Source: Botryllus schlosseri (Eukaryota). From it: a DNA stretch of 64,000 bases. Positions 52,730-64,000 of this stretch are shown piece by piece. The position numbers were made by a program, and so were the translations under genes. The notes below the pieces were generated by a model. That model was not told where the DNA came from and did no database searches. It saw nothing but the letters and a program-made list of their open reading frames with translations. Position 1 is the stretch's first letter, and the number at the start of each line of letters is the position of its first letter. Location of the stretch: positions 1,180,001-1,244,000 of the forward strand of contig CM119371.1 in the NCBI GenBank assembly GCA_051294905.1. The letters run 5' to 3'.

Positions 52730-55700
52730 TTGCTTTTCATCATGCTATAACTTGGAAACTATACTTATGGTATGTAATTCATTCAAAATAAATTGATATT
52801 TACTAAGATATATTTCACTAGGTTATAAGCCAAATTTCTGAAAAATATGAAACTAGATGGAGTCCAAATCTATTATCATGGCACAAGCAATCCGTTACTC
52901 TGGATTGATCACAACTCAAGGTTTAACTTGATCAGACTCGCAGCATTGTTTTACATTGAAATACATATTATCAATAGGACTGTGACACAACGATTTGCGT
53001 ACCGGTACTCGAATCTGAATCAAGTATCATCAACTCCACAGATTCGAGTCAAGCAGTGAAATATGATTTTTGGACTAATGAAGTTCCATCAAAAAGTTAT
53101 AATTGCATACATTTTCTGAAAATTCGATTGGTCACATCGCAACATACGAAATATGTTGTACAATGCTATGAACGTTAGTGGAAATGACATTTCTGTGTAA
53201 CTGTGATCGACTTACAACTTTGTCACAAAGTCAAATAAAGTATTTTCGAAAAATACCAAATCATCATTATGTGGTGAAGAGGCGGCCTTATGTTACGTAG
53301 TTACATGAAAAGTAGGCTACATATTCAAGCTTTTGGGTCTCCCATATACTTATATCGTCATCATGAGTGCTTATCAAAGCCTAATACTTATTCCGAGAAT
53401 CACTCAGGTACCGGTATTCGATTCTGCCCAGATGTAATCCGAGTACATACCAGCAAATCTTTTCCCAGCATGATTTCGTCTCCAGCATCATCGTCCATCG
53501 GTAATTCCATTTCAAGTCAACAACACAGCAACCCAATAGGTCTTAGATTTTCATGTCATTTTAGGAGTGCATCTGGTATCTAGCACTGAGTGTGGAAAAC
53601 ATTATTTTTTCAATATTCATACACTGAAACCATTTTGTGCTCACTCAACGACGAAGTTCAATCAGTTTCACATTCCCTGTTACAGTAAAGGTCATAAAAT
53701 AGCATTATGATGTAGTGGAGAGCGGATTATGATGTCTAATAACAGAATACAAGAAACTCTTGATACTGAAGGGAAAATTTTCAACAAGCAAATGGGGTAA
53801 AGGGTCAATATCAGTCTTAGTATCCTAGCCCTTTCAAAATCGATCATGTGTGACATAAACTTGGAACATTTTTAGCGGAATTCTGTCTACACAGAAATTA
53901 TCAAGTTACTTGATATATGAAAGCTGGTTGAGGGGAGAAATATGAGTCACATGCTTTGCTTTATAATATTTAATTGGTAGGCTAATAGGCCTAGTCTAAA
54001 TCAACTCCGTACATAGATACTGTTGAATCCAATCTGTAATTCAGTTTCAGATCAAACAAAAATTAGACTGGGTATCAATAAAGTGTGAGATTTTGCATGT
54101 ATTTGGATCAAGACAATATAAACTATTTCCAAGTTGACATGATAAAACGGCAATTTATTTTAACGGAATTACCGGTAGGCCCAAAGCGGTTATCAGGTTA
54201 TTATATGTAAAAACAAGCTTTTTATGCTCATTTAACCGTGAAATGGAAGTTTTTTCAAGCTCATTTGATATAATCTGTAAATGAGATACTCTGGCAATAA
54301 ATAGTTGTTCTCATTGTTATGTTACATAAGATGATTGTTTTTATCATGCAAGAGTTGAGGTAATAAGTTTAGGTATACATCCCCCAATTTCTCCCTCTCA
54401 TTTCTGTTTATATCGTAGGCTTGCTTCCAAAATTTTGTGAAGGGTGTCATATGAATTCTGTTGAAACACACTTATTAAATGAGTTTGATGCCAAAATTCG
54501 TCTTACAGTAAGTGAGAAACTAGAATCTGGAGCATAATTTTCAGCAAAATCACCACATTTTTATAATCTTAAATATTCCCTTTAGTCACAAGTTTGTTAG
54601 TAAATATTACATAAAACTCAATTCCTAAGGATTCAATGCCACAGGAGGTATTATACGACACTGTTTACAAAAATTTTCAAGTAAACAGAAATGATAGGGA
54701 GAGTCCTGAAATATTTTTAGGCATGAGTTATTTTCATGGGCTCTACCTTCCTTCAGCTACAGTCATGGCTTGGCACCAAAGATGAATATTTTCTCACTGA
54801 CTTGCTGAATTTATCAATTTATACAACATGACAACATTCTCAAGTCTAAGTAGCTCATTTATAGAGACATAAGTTCAGATCTGCTAAAAAAAACTTGGAT
54901 TTCACGGTTACATGAGCAGAAAGCTTGTTTTCATCATGCGATAACTTAAAACTTCATTCAAAATGGATACCCGTAGCTATCTACTCCGCTATACAGACTT
55001 TCACAAGGTTATGAGTCGAATTTCAGCAAAATCTGCAACTCGATGGAGACCAAATCTCTCTTTGGTTCATTTGACATGGAATTACGGTAATTACCTACAG
55101 CAGTTACCTAATGTCACAAACAATCCAGTAAGCAGACTTGATCATCGCTCAAGGTTGAACTTAATCAGACTTGCAGCATCATTTTACATTCAGTAATTTC
55201 ATTCTCGAGCGAGGCAGGAAGGAACGATCGATACTCCATGGAAACTCGAAAATCATGTTTGATAGAAGCTGGAAGCCAATATGGAATTGGCGTCTCGTCC
55301 AGACTAAGGACTTTACTGAAGACACACTGGTGTGAAGCAAAACGCTGAGAACCGTCTTGGCACACCAATCATATCACGCTAAACGTATCAGGATTCACTT
55401 TTCGAGCATATTGATTGAATACCTAAACACTTCTCTCTTGCCGAGGGCGATTTCCAGAGTCCGGGGTTACCGGTATCGACTATCAAGACATCTTACCATT
55501 TCAAAAGATTTCACATCAGACCAAACCTTTAGTAACACACTGATGCAGCCAGAGAGCATCATAATTTCGAGTTTCTGACCTCTATTCCTGTCGATATACC
55601 AAGACTTGTACTTCAGTAGCCTATGTGAGCACAGTAGAAGCGCGAAACGGTATGCCAATTGCCAATATTGCACTGGCCAACAATCAACCAACAACAAGTC

Positions 55701-55730
55701 GCTATGGGTTAGGTTTGCGCATTCGCCCAT
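52730..55730 (-). pseudogene. Possible death-domain relics (duplicated, decayed)
   Basis: Fragments 'YWQLAYR..VLLKVW..TLEIAL', 'VLSLDET.I..CKMMLQV*', 'WEKICWYVLGLHLGRIEY'; 52730-52960 duplicates 54930-55190. Confidence 0.35.
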
Positions 55731-58700
55731 TCGGCATCGTGGAGATTCATATATTCTTCCTAAATTCAGGTCAATCAGGTGTAAGTGAGTCAGCCTGTAC
55801 TCTGAAACATATTAGCTATATCTCCAACGTGCGATTGAATTAAACCTGATATTAGAACACTCAATCAGCTGATTTCATTCCTTGTTTTGACTCAGAGCCA
55901 TTCATGCACGTGAGACATTAGCTCCACCACGCGGAAGAACGAAAAGCGTTAAACTGATAACACTCATGCAGTTCGATATCACATTTCCTTCTTAATCTAT
56001 TTAGTTTTGTCATCTCTCCGAATTTTATTCTCCCGTACACATCGATATCATCACATTTAAATAGGGTACGTAATATAAACATTTAAAAGAACTATACTGC
56101 CAGAAAGGTGAGTAGCCATCGATGCATGATGCCCTTGGAAACCGAGGAAACCGCTTGCCTAGTAACCGCTGTATGTATATTGTATATATCGTTTTGCACT
56201 TGCCGTATGCCAGGGGCGGGCAACTTCTCCGGTCGGTGAGCCGGATATGGGAAAATTAAGCTCTTGGCGGGCCAGATTACAGAATATATACATTATACCT
56301 TAATCGCGTCAACTTTCTCGCTCAGCGCCCAAAATACCGTTTCGTACTGCACATTGTCAGGCGGTTGACTAAAAAAAGGTCAACTTTCCGCCCAGAAATA
56401 CCCGCCGGAGCGTCACTTCTGTGCTGATTTATGGCATATCAGTCGCATTCTGCTATAAATACGACCTAAATTCTCAAAAAAGAGGACAAAAGGACGTCCT
56501 CCGAGGACACTTTTAAAAAAAAGAGGACAAATCCTGTTAAAAGAGGGCGTATGGCAACCCTACCTTAGTAAAGACTGCCAGCGAACATCAGTTATATTGG
56601 AACGAAGCCCTCATCGCTAATGTTCGTGGCAGTGTTGGGATTAAGTCACTGCCTTCGAATCACAAGTCATCTCGAATCATTGCACATTTTGACTCGAGTC
56701 AAGTCAAGTCACTCGATTTTTGGAGGCGACCCGAGTCACGTCGAGTCAAGTCAAGTAACGAGTCAAGTAACTATAGTGAAGTCAAGTTGACATTTCAAAG
56801 TACTATACATGATTCAAAGTCATTACTAGAGCGATTTTTTTGACATGTCAAAAGAGTCAATTTTTTTTACATAACGAGTTTGATTTATTTAGCTGTTCTT
56901 GTGTAAATCACAATAACATGTAACTTAGTTACTCCCGCCATTTACCGGCTTCAAAAATCTAGTGTTTTTCGGCTGTAACTCGTTTTGTGTTCACAATAGA
57001 CAAAACTTGCTTCTAAGACAGATAGAAATATGTTTGGTAGCTTTCATGCCAGTGATTGTCGAGATGGGCAATTTCACCCCTCTCGCGCAGACATTTGGGG
57101 GGGTGCTGGCTGGAAAATGGAGGCAATCCCCTAAAACCAATTTTATTCAAGTTTCAAGTCAGCATCCCCTTTTTTCGTTTTGAAAAAAAGTCATTTTAAC
57201 TCCACCCTACATTCCAATAATTAACGACAAATGACGATACATATCCTCACATCTTCACCAAGTCTATCTACCTCTCATTTGAATTAAGTTCTGGCACATG
57301 AAACGATTGTCTGTCATTTATCCTGATTGCTGCGCAACCTTCTGTCACATTGTACGCATTCGCGTAAAATACATTGCCTCTCTATATTCCGATAACCCAA
57401 CGAAAATGCGAGGCTCAAATAACTAATTAATATTTATTTCAAACAAATTCTATACATTTCATAGCACGGAAACGCAGTGTAATACAACATAAAATCATGA
57501 AAATTCCAGCCACTACTCTTTAGGTCTAAGATGAAGATAATTATTAGTAGTCATTAACAAGACTATGAGTTAAGAGTAATTTTTAGAATGTCAAGCAGCA
57601 AATCATGATATCTCAGTAGAAATGGAATATTGAATCAACTCCATAAGATTATCTGAAATTTCGATTGTTATGGATTGACAATTGGCCTCTTTTTCAGTTA
57701 ACTATGGTGTATAAAGTCATTTAGAATCAATTATTCACATATCAATAATAGACGAGCTCATCAAGAGGGATAAGCCAATTATATTATGCTTGAAGCATTT
57801 AGAAACAACAAGGTAGCAGAAAACATGGTCATTGGTCATAGAAGCAAGGGAAATGGTTGGCTTGAAGTGCAGCGACCATCATTCTACAGAATATTATCAA
57901 GGTCATGAAATATCTCGCTAATGGAAGTTCTCAACTCGGTAAGTTTACCATTCAACACTCTCCTGAAGTCAACTGTACTAAAGGTATGGAGAAAGATCAC
58001 AAGATCATGATGGAGCATGGAGAATCCTACATAATTGATATTACAATGGATTTCATACACTGCACTACATTTATTTTCAACAAAATTTTATATTTTCTAA
58101 TTTTTTTTGGGGTCTTTTGAAGTATTTAATTACTATCATAATACATCTCACAAAATATAACAACACTACACACTGCACATCTAAGATTATAACCATTTTT
58201 TAAATCATTTTTCGATATCTATGTATTTTTTGTAACTTCTATTATAATCAATTATTTTCTAGGTGTAAGACGATGAAATACATTTCTTTTATCTAGCTAT
58301 TCGACTCTACCTTGCGACTCAATCATTATAATAGCAAGAAATCAACAGGATAACGGCTTGAACTGTAGTAAAAGCATCAGCACATTCAAATCAACGTGAA
58401 CATTCATTTATGGAAATATTTAGGATTGTCGAGACGTTTACGATATTACGATGGTTTTCGTCGAATTGTGAATTTTTTTTGCAATTGTTTGGGTTACCTA
58501 ATTGTGAAATGCAATATGCACAATATAAATACCATCGTGAAATTGCATCAATTAAACATGGAATAGCCAGTTACAATTCTTAAATGAAATGCGGTAATTC
58601 TACTCTCCATATTTCAATTTCACGGATGAGGAATTGTTGGCTCTTGTAAACGATCAACGATGTTGCTTCTGTTACTTTCCATACCGCTGACTGGAAAACA

Positions 58701-59134
58701 AGTACCTCTGAATAAATCAATATCCTAGTTAATCAATCATGTTTCTTAACTATTCGGACCATGAGCCGGAGATGGACTGTAGACGCGGGCACCTTATTAC
58801 ACTGCACAAAATGCAATTTGAATTTTTGTAGACTACCTGGGTTCATAGTCGGATAGATTTGAGGGATTTATTCTACAGGTAGATTGCGCATTTATATTTT
58901 CGCTATACGGTTCTCAGGTATCATGGGCACACAATTCAATATACGGAAACATATTTAGTCAGTAGCCTACTCCCATTTCATGAAAATAAACCTGTACGCA
59001 ACACATCGTATCCCAGTGAGCGGTATTGGGTGGGAAGGTTTACTTGCTAGAGGATATTTTTGACAGTTTACATTTCAATTAGGAAAATTCCGGTGCAGTT
59101 AACAATATCAGGTATCAATGTTTGATAGAAATTC

Positions 59135-60095
59135 TATTTTTAATGCCACAAGGATCATCTCTATGAGTGGAAAATTCATCGAAACTAGGGACTTACGTTT
59201 CTTCTTCAAGGTAGCCTAAAATAGGTGACGATAAGCGCACTTCTGTGATACTTAGATGATTAGACAATTCAAGTTGTCTGATTAGACTAGCTTGAGCGAA
59301 ATGCCGGTAATCTAATTTGAATCTATTTTGTGAAATGATTCTCTGCTCTAATTCTAATCTAATTTGTCAAATTTTTATATGTTCTCATTTTAATTCAAAC
59401 CCTGTAAATGCTACTGAGAGAACTGTAAAGTGCGAAACGAGCCAAACTTGTTTCACCGACATTTTCTATTATCATGCTCATAAGAATAAACCATGATTTG
59501 ATAGTAACGGAACTGGATTCAATGACCTGGTTTTTGCGGATTCAGTAATTTTAATTCCAATCTAATTTGGAAAAATGTATAATGATACCTGCAGTTTTAA
59601 TGTATTTTAACAGCTTGTTTCATGAAAAGTATATTTTTAATGCCACTAGGATCATCTGTACGAGTGGAAAATTCATCAAAAATAGGTACATGCGTTTTAT
59701 CTTCAAGGTTGCCTAAAATAGGTGACGATAAGCGTACTCCTATAAGACTTGGATAATTAACTAATTCTAGTTGTCTAATTAGACTAAATAGAGCTAAATG
59801 CCTGTAATCTAATTCGAATATAATTTGTGAAATGATTCTTTGCCGTGATTCTGTGAAATTTTTAGATGTTTTCATTTCAACGCAAAATAAGCCTATCTCT
59901 GGTTTTCCTGTAAATGCTACTGAGAGAATTAATTGTATAGTGCCAAACGAGCCAAGCTTGTTGGACAGACATTTGCTACTATCATTCTGATTTGATAGTA
60001 ACGGAACTGGATGACCTAGTTTTTTTGCGGATTCGGTAATTTCAAAAACAATCTAATTTGGAAAAATGTACAGCTACAACTATAGTTTTAATGAA
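59135..60095 (+). repeat. Diverged tandem duplication, ~500-bp unit
   Basis: taatgccac.aggatcatct...gagtggaaaattcatc at 59141 and 59638; shared blocks throughout. Confidence 0.85.
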
Positions 60096-61662
60096 TTTTG
60101 AGAAAATTAATGCTGTGTAGCGTCAATTCTAATTTTACTGTATGTTGAAAGAAAATTTAACTGTAATTATAATACTGATCAATTTTGCATTAGCAGGAAA
60201 TCTTCTAGATGACCGAGTCTGACTGGAAATTTATCTGAAATCTTGTCGATTTGCAGCACAACTATTGAGCACATTCAAGACGGAGTTTACGAAAAATTTG
60301 TAAGTTGTCACTTGCGATTACCTAAGAAAAGTATTCGACAACCAGTCCCAGTAATAATATTTGAAATGCACATACTCCAGTACTTTTCGAACTTTCATTT
60401 ACACTATTGCTACATGTACCCGTGCAAAAAATGAACGGGATCACTCCAACTTCTGTTCGAGTTTATTCAATGACTATTTCGACAGTCTCCTTAAAAATTA
60501 TGTGACAATATATTACGACCAATAACTATATTTATTTCACCCCCAGCAGCTGAACAATTCGGACGCATTAATTCTCGACCTACGCCTCATTGACATAAAA
60601 ATTCTTCGAGTATCTCATCAAATCTCAGTTTCATAAATACAACAAATATTTCTTCCAATAAAATGAAATCTGTGTGGTCTGAATGCAGCAAGTAATCATG
60701 AATTGAAGTGTCGCATTACTGCCGAAGATCAACTTTAGTATATATTGACAGAGGTGGTCAGAAACCAACTAACTCCACTTTTTCAAAGTATAAAAGTACG
60801 TTTTGCCCACTTACACTACTTACTTACGTAGTTATCAGTTCAGACTACTTCTATTTGACAACTTTCATTTTTTTCAGCAAAACTAGGAGTGATGTGAAAA
60901 GTATGTTGCGACGCGATGTGAAATGATGCATGACAGCGCTATTATATTCTTGCAGAATAAACGAAGTCTTTTTTCCACAAAGCTACGTGTGATGCACCGC
61001 GTGTCAACGTTATGACGTCACTATCCGACATCACATCAGTTAATATTGGATATTAATTTATATAATACACAGTTTGCGTCACAATATTTCTAAGCTGTTG
61101 TTTGAGACCGGATGTGCATGAGAATGGATCGACGATTTAATGGAAGGACAAATCTCAACTCTCATTTTAGAACGGTCAGACTTCGCAACATCTACTCACC
61201 TAGTATAAAATTCTATGTCAAGTCGCACCCATGCATCTTTTTCTCGGAACACTGAAATAAGAAATAAGTTATATAACTTTAAATGCTTGTTAGCAAAAGA
61301 TGTATGCATCCTATGAATTGTGCTCTGTTGCTGAGCCTATTGCGTAATATCTGAAACAGTCATCAGGCTCAAAGAGAGTTAAAATCATCAAAAATTCAAA
61401 TTAATTATGTCCTACGATTTACGTGGTTTAGTTATGACAGGTAGGCGTACGGAACTTGCGCTCATCTACTATTTTAAATCCGAATCCTATTCCTGATGAT
61501 ACATTCAAATCCAAGTACAAATCCATATTTTATTTTGCTCGCGTCCATATCCACGTCCAATCCGGTAATGACTGAAACTTGATCAAAAAATCGCATGAAA
61601 ATCTAATGTCAAAGTACGGATGAAAATCCATCTTTGAATGAATCATGAACCATTATGTAAAG

Positions 61663-62007
61663 CATTGGTTCCCAACGTCAGCGATTTGGCGGTTGAGGGG
61701 GCGAAAATTACCAAGGCGGTGACCGGGAGCGAAAACTGCCAAGGGGATGATAGGGGGCGATGGCGCGGTAAAACGGATATATTGGAGTAAACTCGCAGAA
61801 ATGACCTTTATGTTTAGTCAACCCACGAAAATTTAGCTGCAAAAGTGTAAAACTTCGGTATTGAGCCAAAAGGTTGACTTTTATTTATTCAACCCGCCGG
61901 TGATTATAGTTTGTATGCATATTTTTCGGTTCACAAAATTTTGGGGGCGATGAGAGGTGTGGTGCTTGAAAAGGGGGCGATGAGTCGAAAAAGGTTGGGA
62001 ACTATTG
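61663..62007. mobile_element. Charlie-type MITE, older copy of the 1372/1755 family
   Basis: TIRs cattggttcccaac / gttgggaactattg; TSD atgtaaag / atctaaag. Confidence 0.8.
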
Positions 62008-62100
62008 ATCTAAAGCCAGGCAAAAGAGATGGCGCGTGACTTCAATACCATAGAGATGCATAGAGTGGATTCGTAAAATCGTGAAATTAGTTGTTATAGT

Positions 62101-62256
62101 CAGGGCATGGTATGGTATGGTATGGTATGGAAGTAGGGTATGGAATGGAACGAAATTTTGGTATGGAATATGGAAGAGTGCAAGTATGGTATGGTATGGA
62201 AATTTCCCAAGTATGGTATGGAAGGTGTTTTCCATACTTCCATACTTTTTCCATAC
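62101..62256. repeat. (TATGG)n-rich end of a repeat element
   Basis: cagggcatggtatggtatgg... pentamer-rich tract. Confidence 0.6.
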
Positions 62257-64000
62257 TTTTACAGTTTTGCCAGAACCATGACAATAATCCTACTTTCGAT
62301 TTGTCAAATTGATTGCATACCGCAGAAAATCGCTCATTGTCTATGTTCATTGTTCATATCTCAAATTGTGATTCACGACTCACCCTTCCCGGTCGACATT
62401 TATTTGAAGACAGCTAAGTTTCGCGATGCACATATGAATGAAAATAATATTAATGAATATTATTCTGATTTAAATATCATAAAAATGAATGATATTCGAC
62501 GGCGAGCACGTTACAAGTGCATTTCACTTATCGTAACTCCCACTACGTAAATAACCAATGTAGTTTTAAAATCGTAGACTCTGAGAATGTAGAAGTTACA
62601 TGAATATTTTCATCAATTTGTTGAACTTGGAAATAATTTTCTGCGCTTGGCGCGGATGATCATCACGCAATATCTATTTGACATAACCACCATTGTGATT
62701 CAAAAATATGTAGCTCGTCTTGGAGCGACGTTACCATATGCCGGCCTACAACACGCATTGTAACTTCATGAAATCTGGTTATTTCTGATATAATGGACAG
62801 AGGACACCTTGATATGGCTAATAAAGCTAACGAGTGTGATCGACCCACAGATTGGCGGAGAAAATAGACATTTGATTAGCTGTCGCAAAATGATTGTAGT
62901 GATGTAAAATTATATTTAAAGAAATATTCTCCAACCAGTGGAGAATATACCCCAATTGTGGGGAATTTAAGGCCCTCTGGTTGGGAAAAGACTCACTTTG
63001 GAAAACATATTCTTTACAGTTTACATTATCAACTTCGTTTATTAAACGTTTGTATGAAATGCCGATCGTATATATCTATAATAGTTCTTCGCTCATTTGC
63101 AATTCAGCAATTCGTATTATCACTGCCTCCAATGAGCGAGAATCGAGTGGACAGCGGCACGCGATCTCCCTCATATAGTTTGTTATTCATTCGTATACGA
63201 AATGGTGTGATTGAAATCACCTGATTCGTTAAAATAAAAGTTTATATGTAGAGATCGTGTATGGAGATCGTGGAATCGCTAATTGATAGCATAGCCGGAC
63301 TTGTTACTGAGGAAATGACATATTTCTTACTGCTCGAGTAATAGTAGCGTGCGACAGTATAGGTTATGGTGGCTTATATCTACCATACGCATAAAAGTTC
63401 GTCAACACCAAGAAGTTTATCAGACCCATGCAATATATTCGGCATTTACACATGTAAAGTGATGCTACCTTGGCACATTTGAAAAAAATTCAAACCCTTC
63501 CTATTTTTCTGTCAGCTTATCTCACATATCCATTTTACGGAGGCGCAACATTGCGTGTACGGTTACCAGTTCACTGCTCATTAATTTCATTGCGTGCTGT
63601 TCCATTTTGGGGGTCTTAACTTTCGCCAATAGCAAGTCTTTACAAAATAAATTCAATTCTAAAGTGTATAAAGGTTGGGAACCTATCTTATAATTTGACA
63701 ATACCTTTGTGTTATGCAATTCTGTAGATGAGGTTACTGCTAGCACGTTACCACACTAGATTTACATGTCATGAGACTCTGTTGTGATTTCCAAATAATC
63801 CCGTGTGTATAGGCCTATATACGTTTTTACACCGTTGTCGACATATGCTATTAAGAAACTGGGGATATCATTGAAGCATCGGGGCTGTATAAATGGATAA
63901 TCTCATCCAAAATAATTAGAATATAATACACTGGAACATTTCCACACGTCAAAAATAGAATATCCCTTGAGAGGTTGGCCAAGTTGCGAAAGTATGGAAA

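Noticed and set aside
62002..62550. Cluster of Trp/Tyr/Gly-rich ORFs
   Set aside because: Translation of the (TATGG)n tract.

Overview
AT-rich eukaryotic (animal, probably invertebrate; the taxon is not determinable with certainty from the sequence) genomic DNA dominated by transposon debris. Main contents: (1) a minus-strand, five-exon NACHT/NLR gene (about 731 aa, all intron phases compatible) with no N-terminal death-fold. It has a short RHIM-like motif there instead and only a vestigial LRR tail. (2) A full-length but decayed Ty3/Gypsy LTR element in intron 2 of that gene (208-bp LTRs, 5-bp TSD). Its PBS position is complementary to its own LTR, and a 2.1-kb hAT element interrupts its gag. 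(3) A 7.8-kb Foldback/Mutator-like element (9-bp TSD, inverted arms built from 203-bp tandem repeats) whose loop carries decayed USP deubiquitinase and Ulp1/SENP-like protease coding sequence. (4) At least three tandem, decayed, intron-containing partial copies of an RBM28/Nop4-like RRM gene. (5) Possible death-domain relics. (6) Many nested hAT-type MITEs with 8-bp TSDs. Protein family calls come from motif recognition by eye and were not checked by database search.
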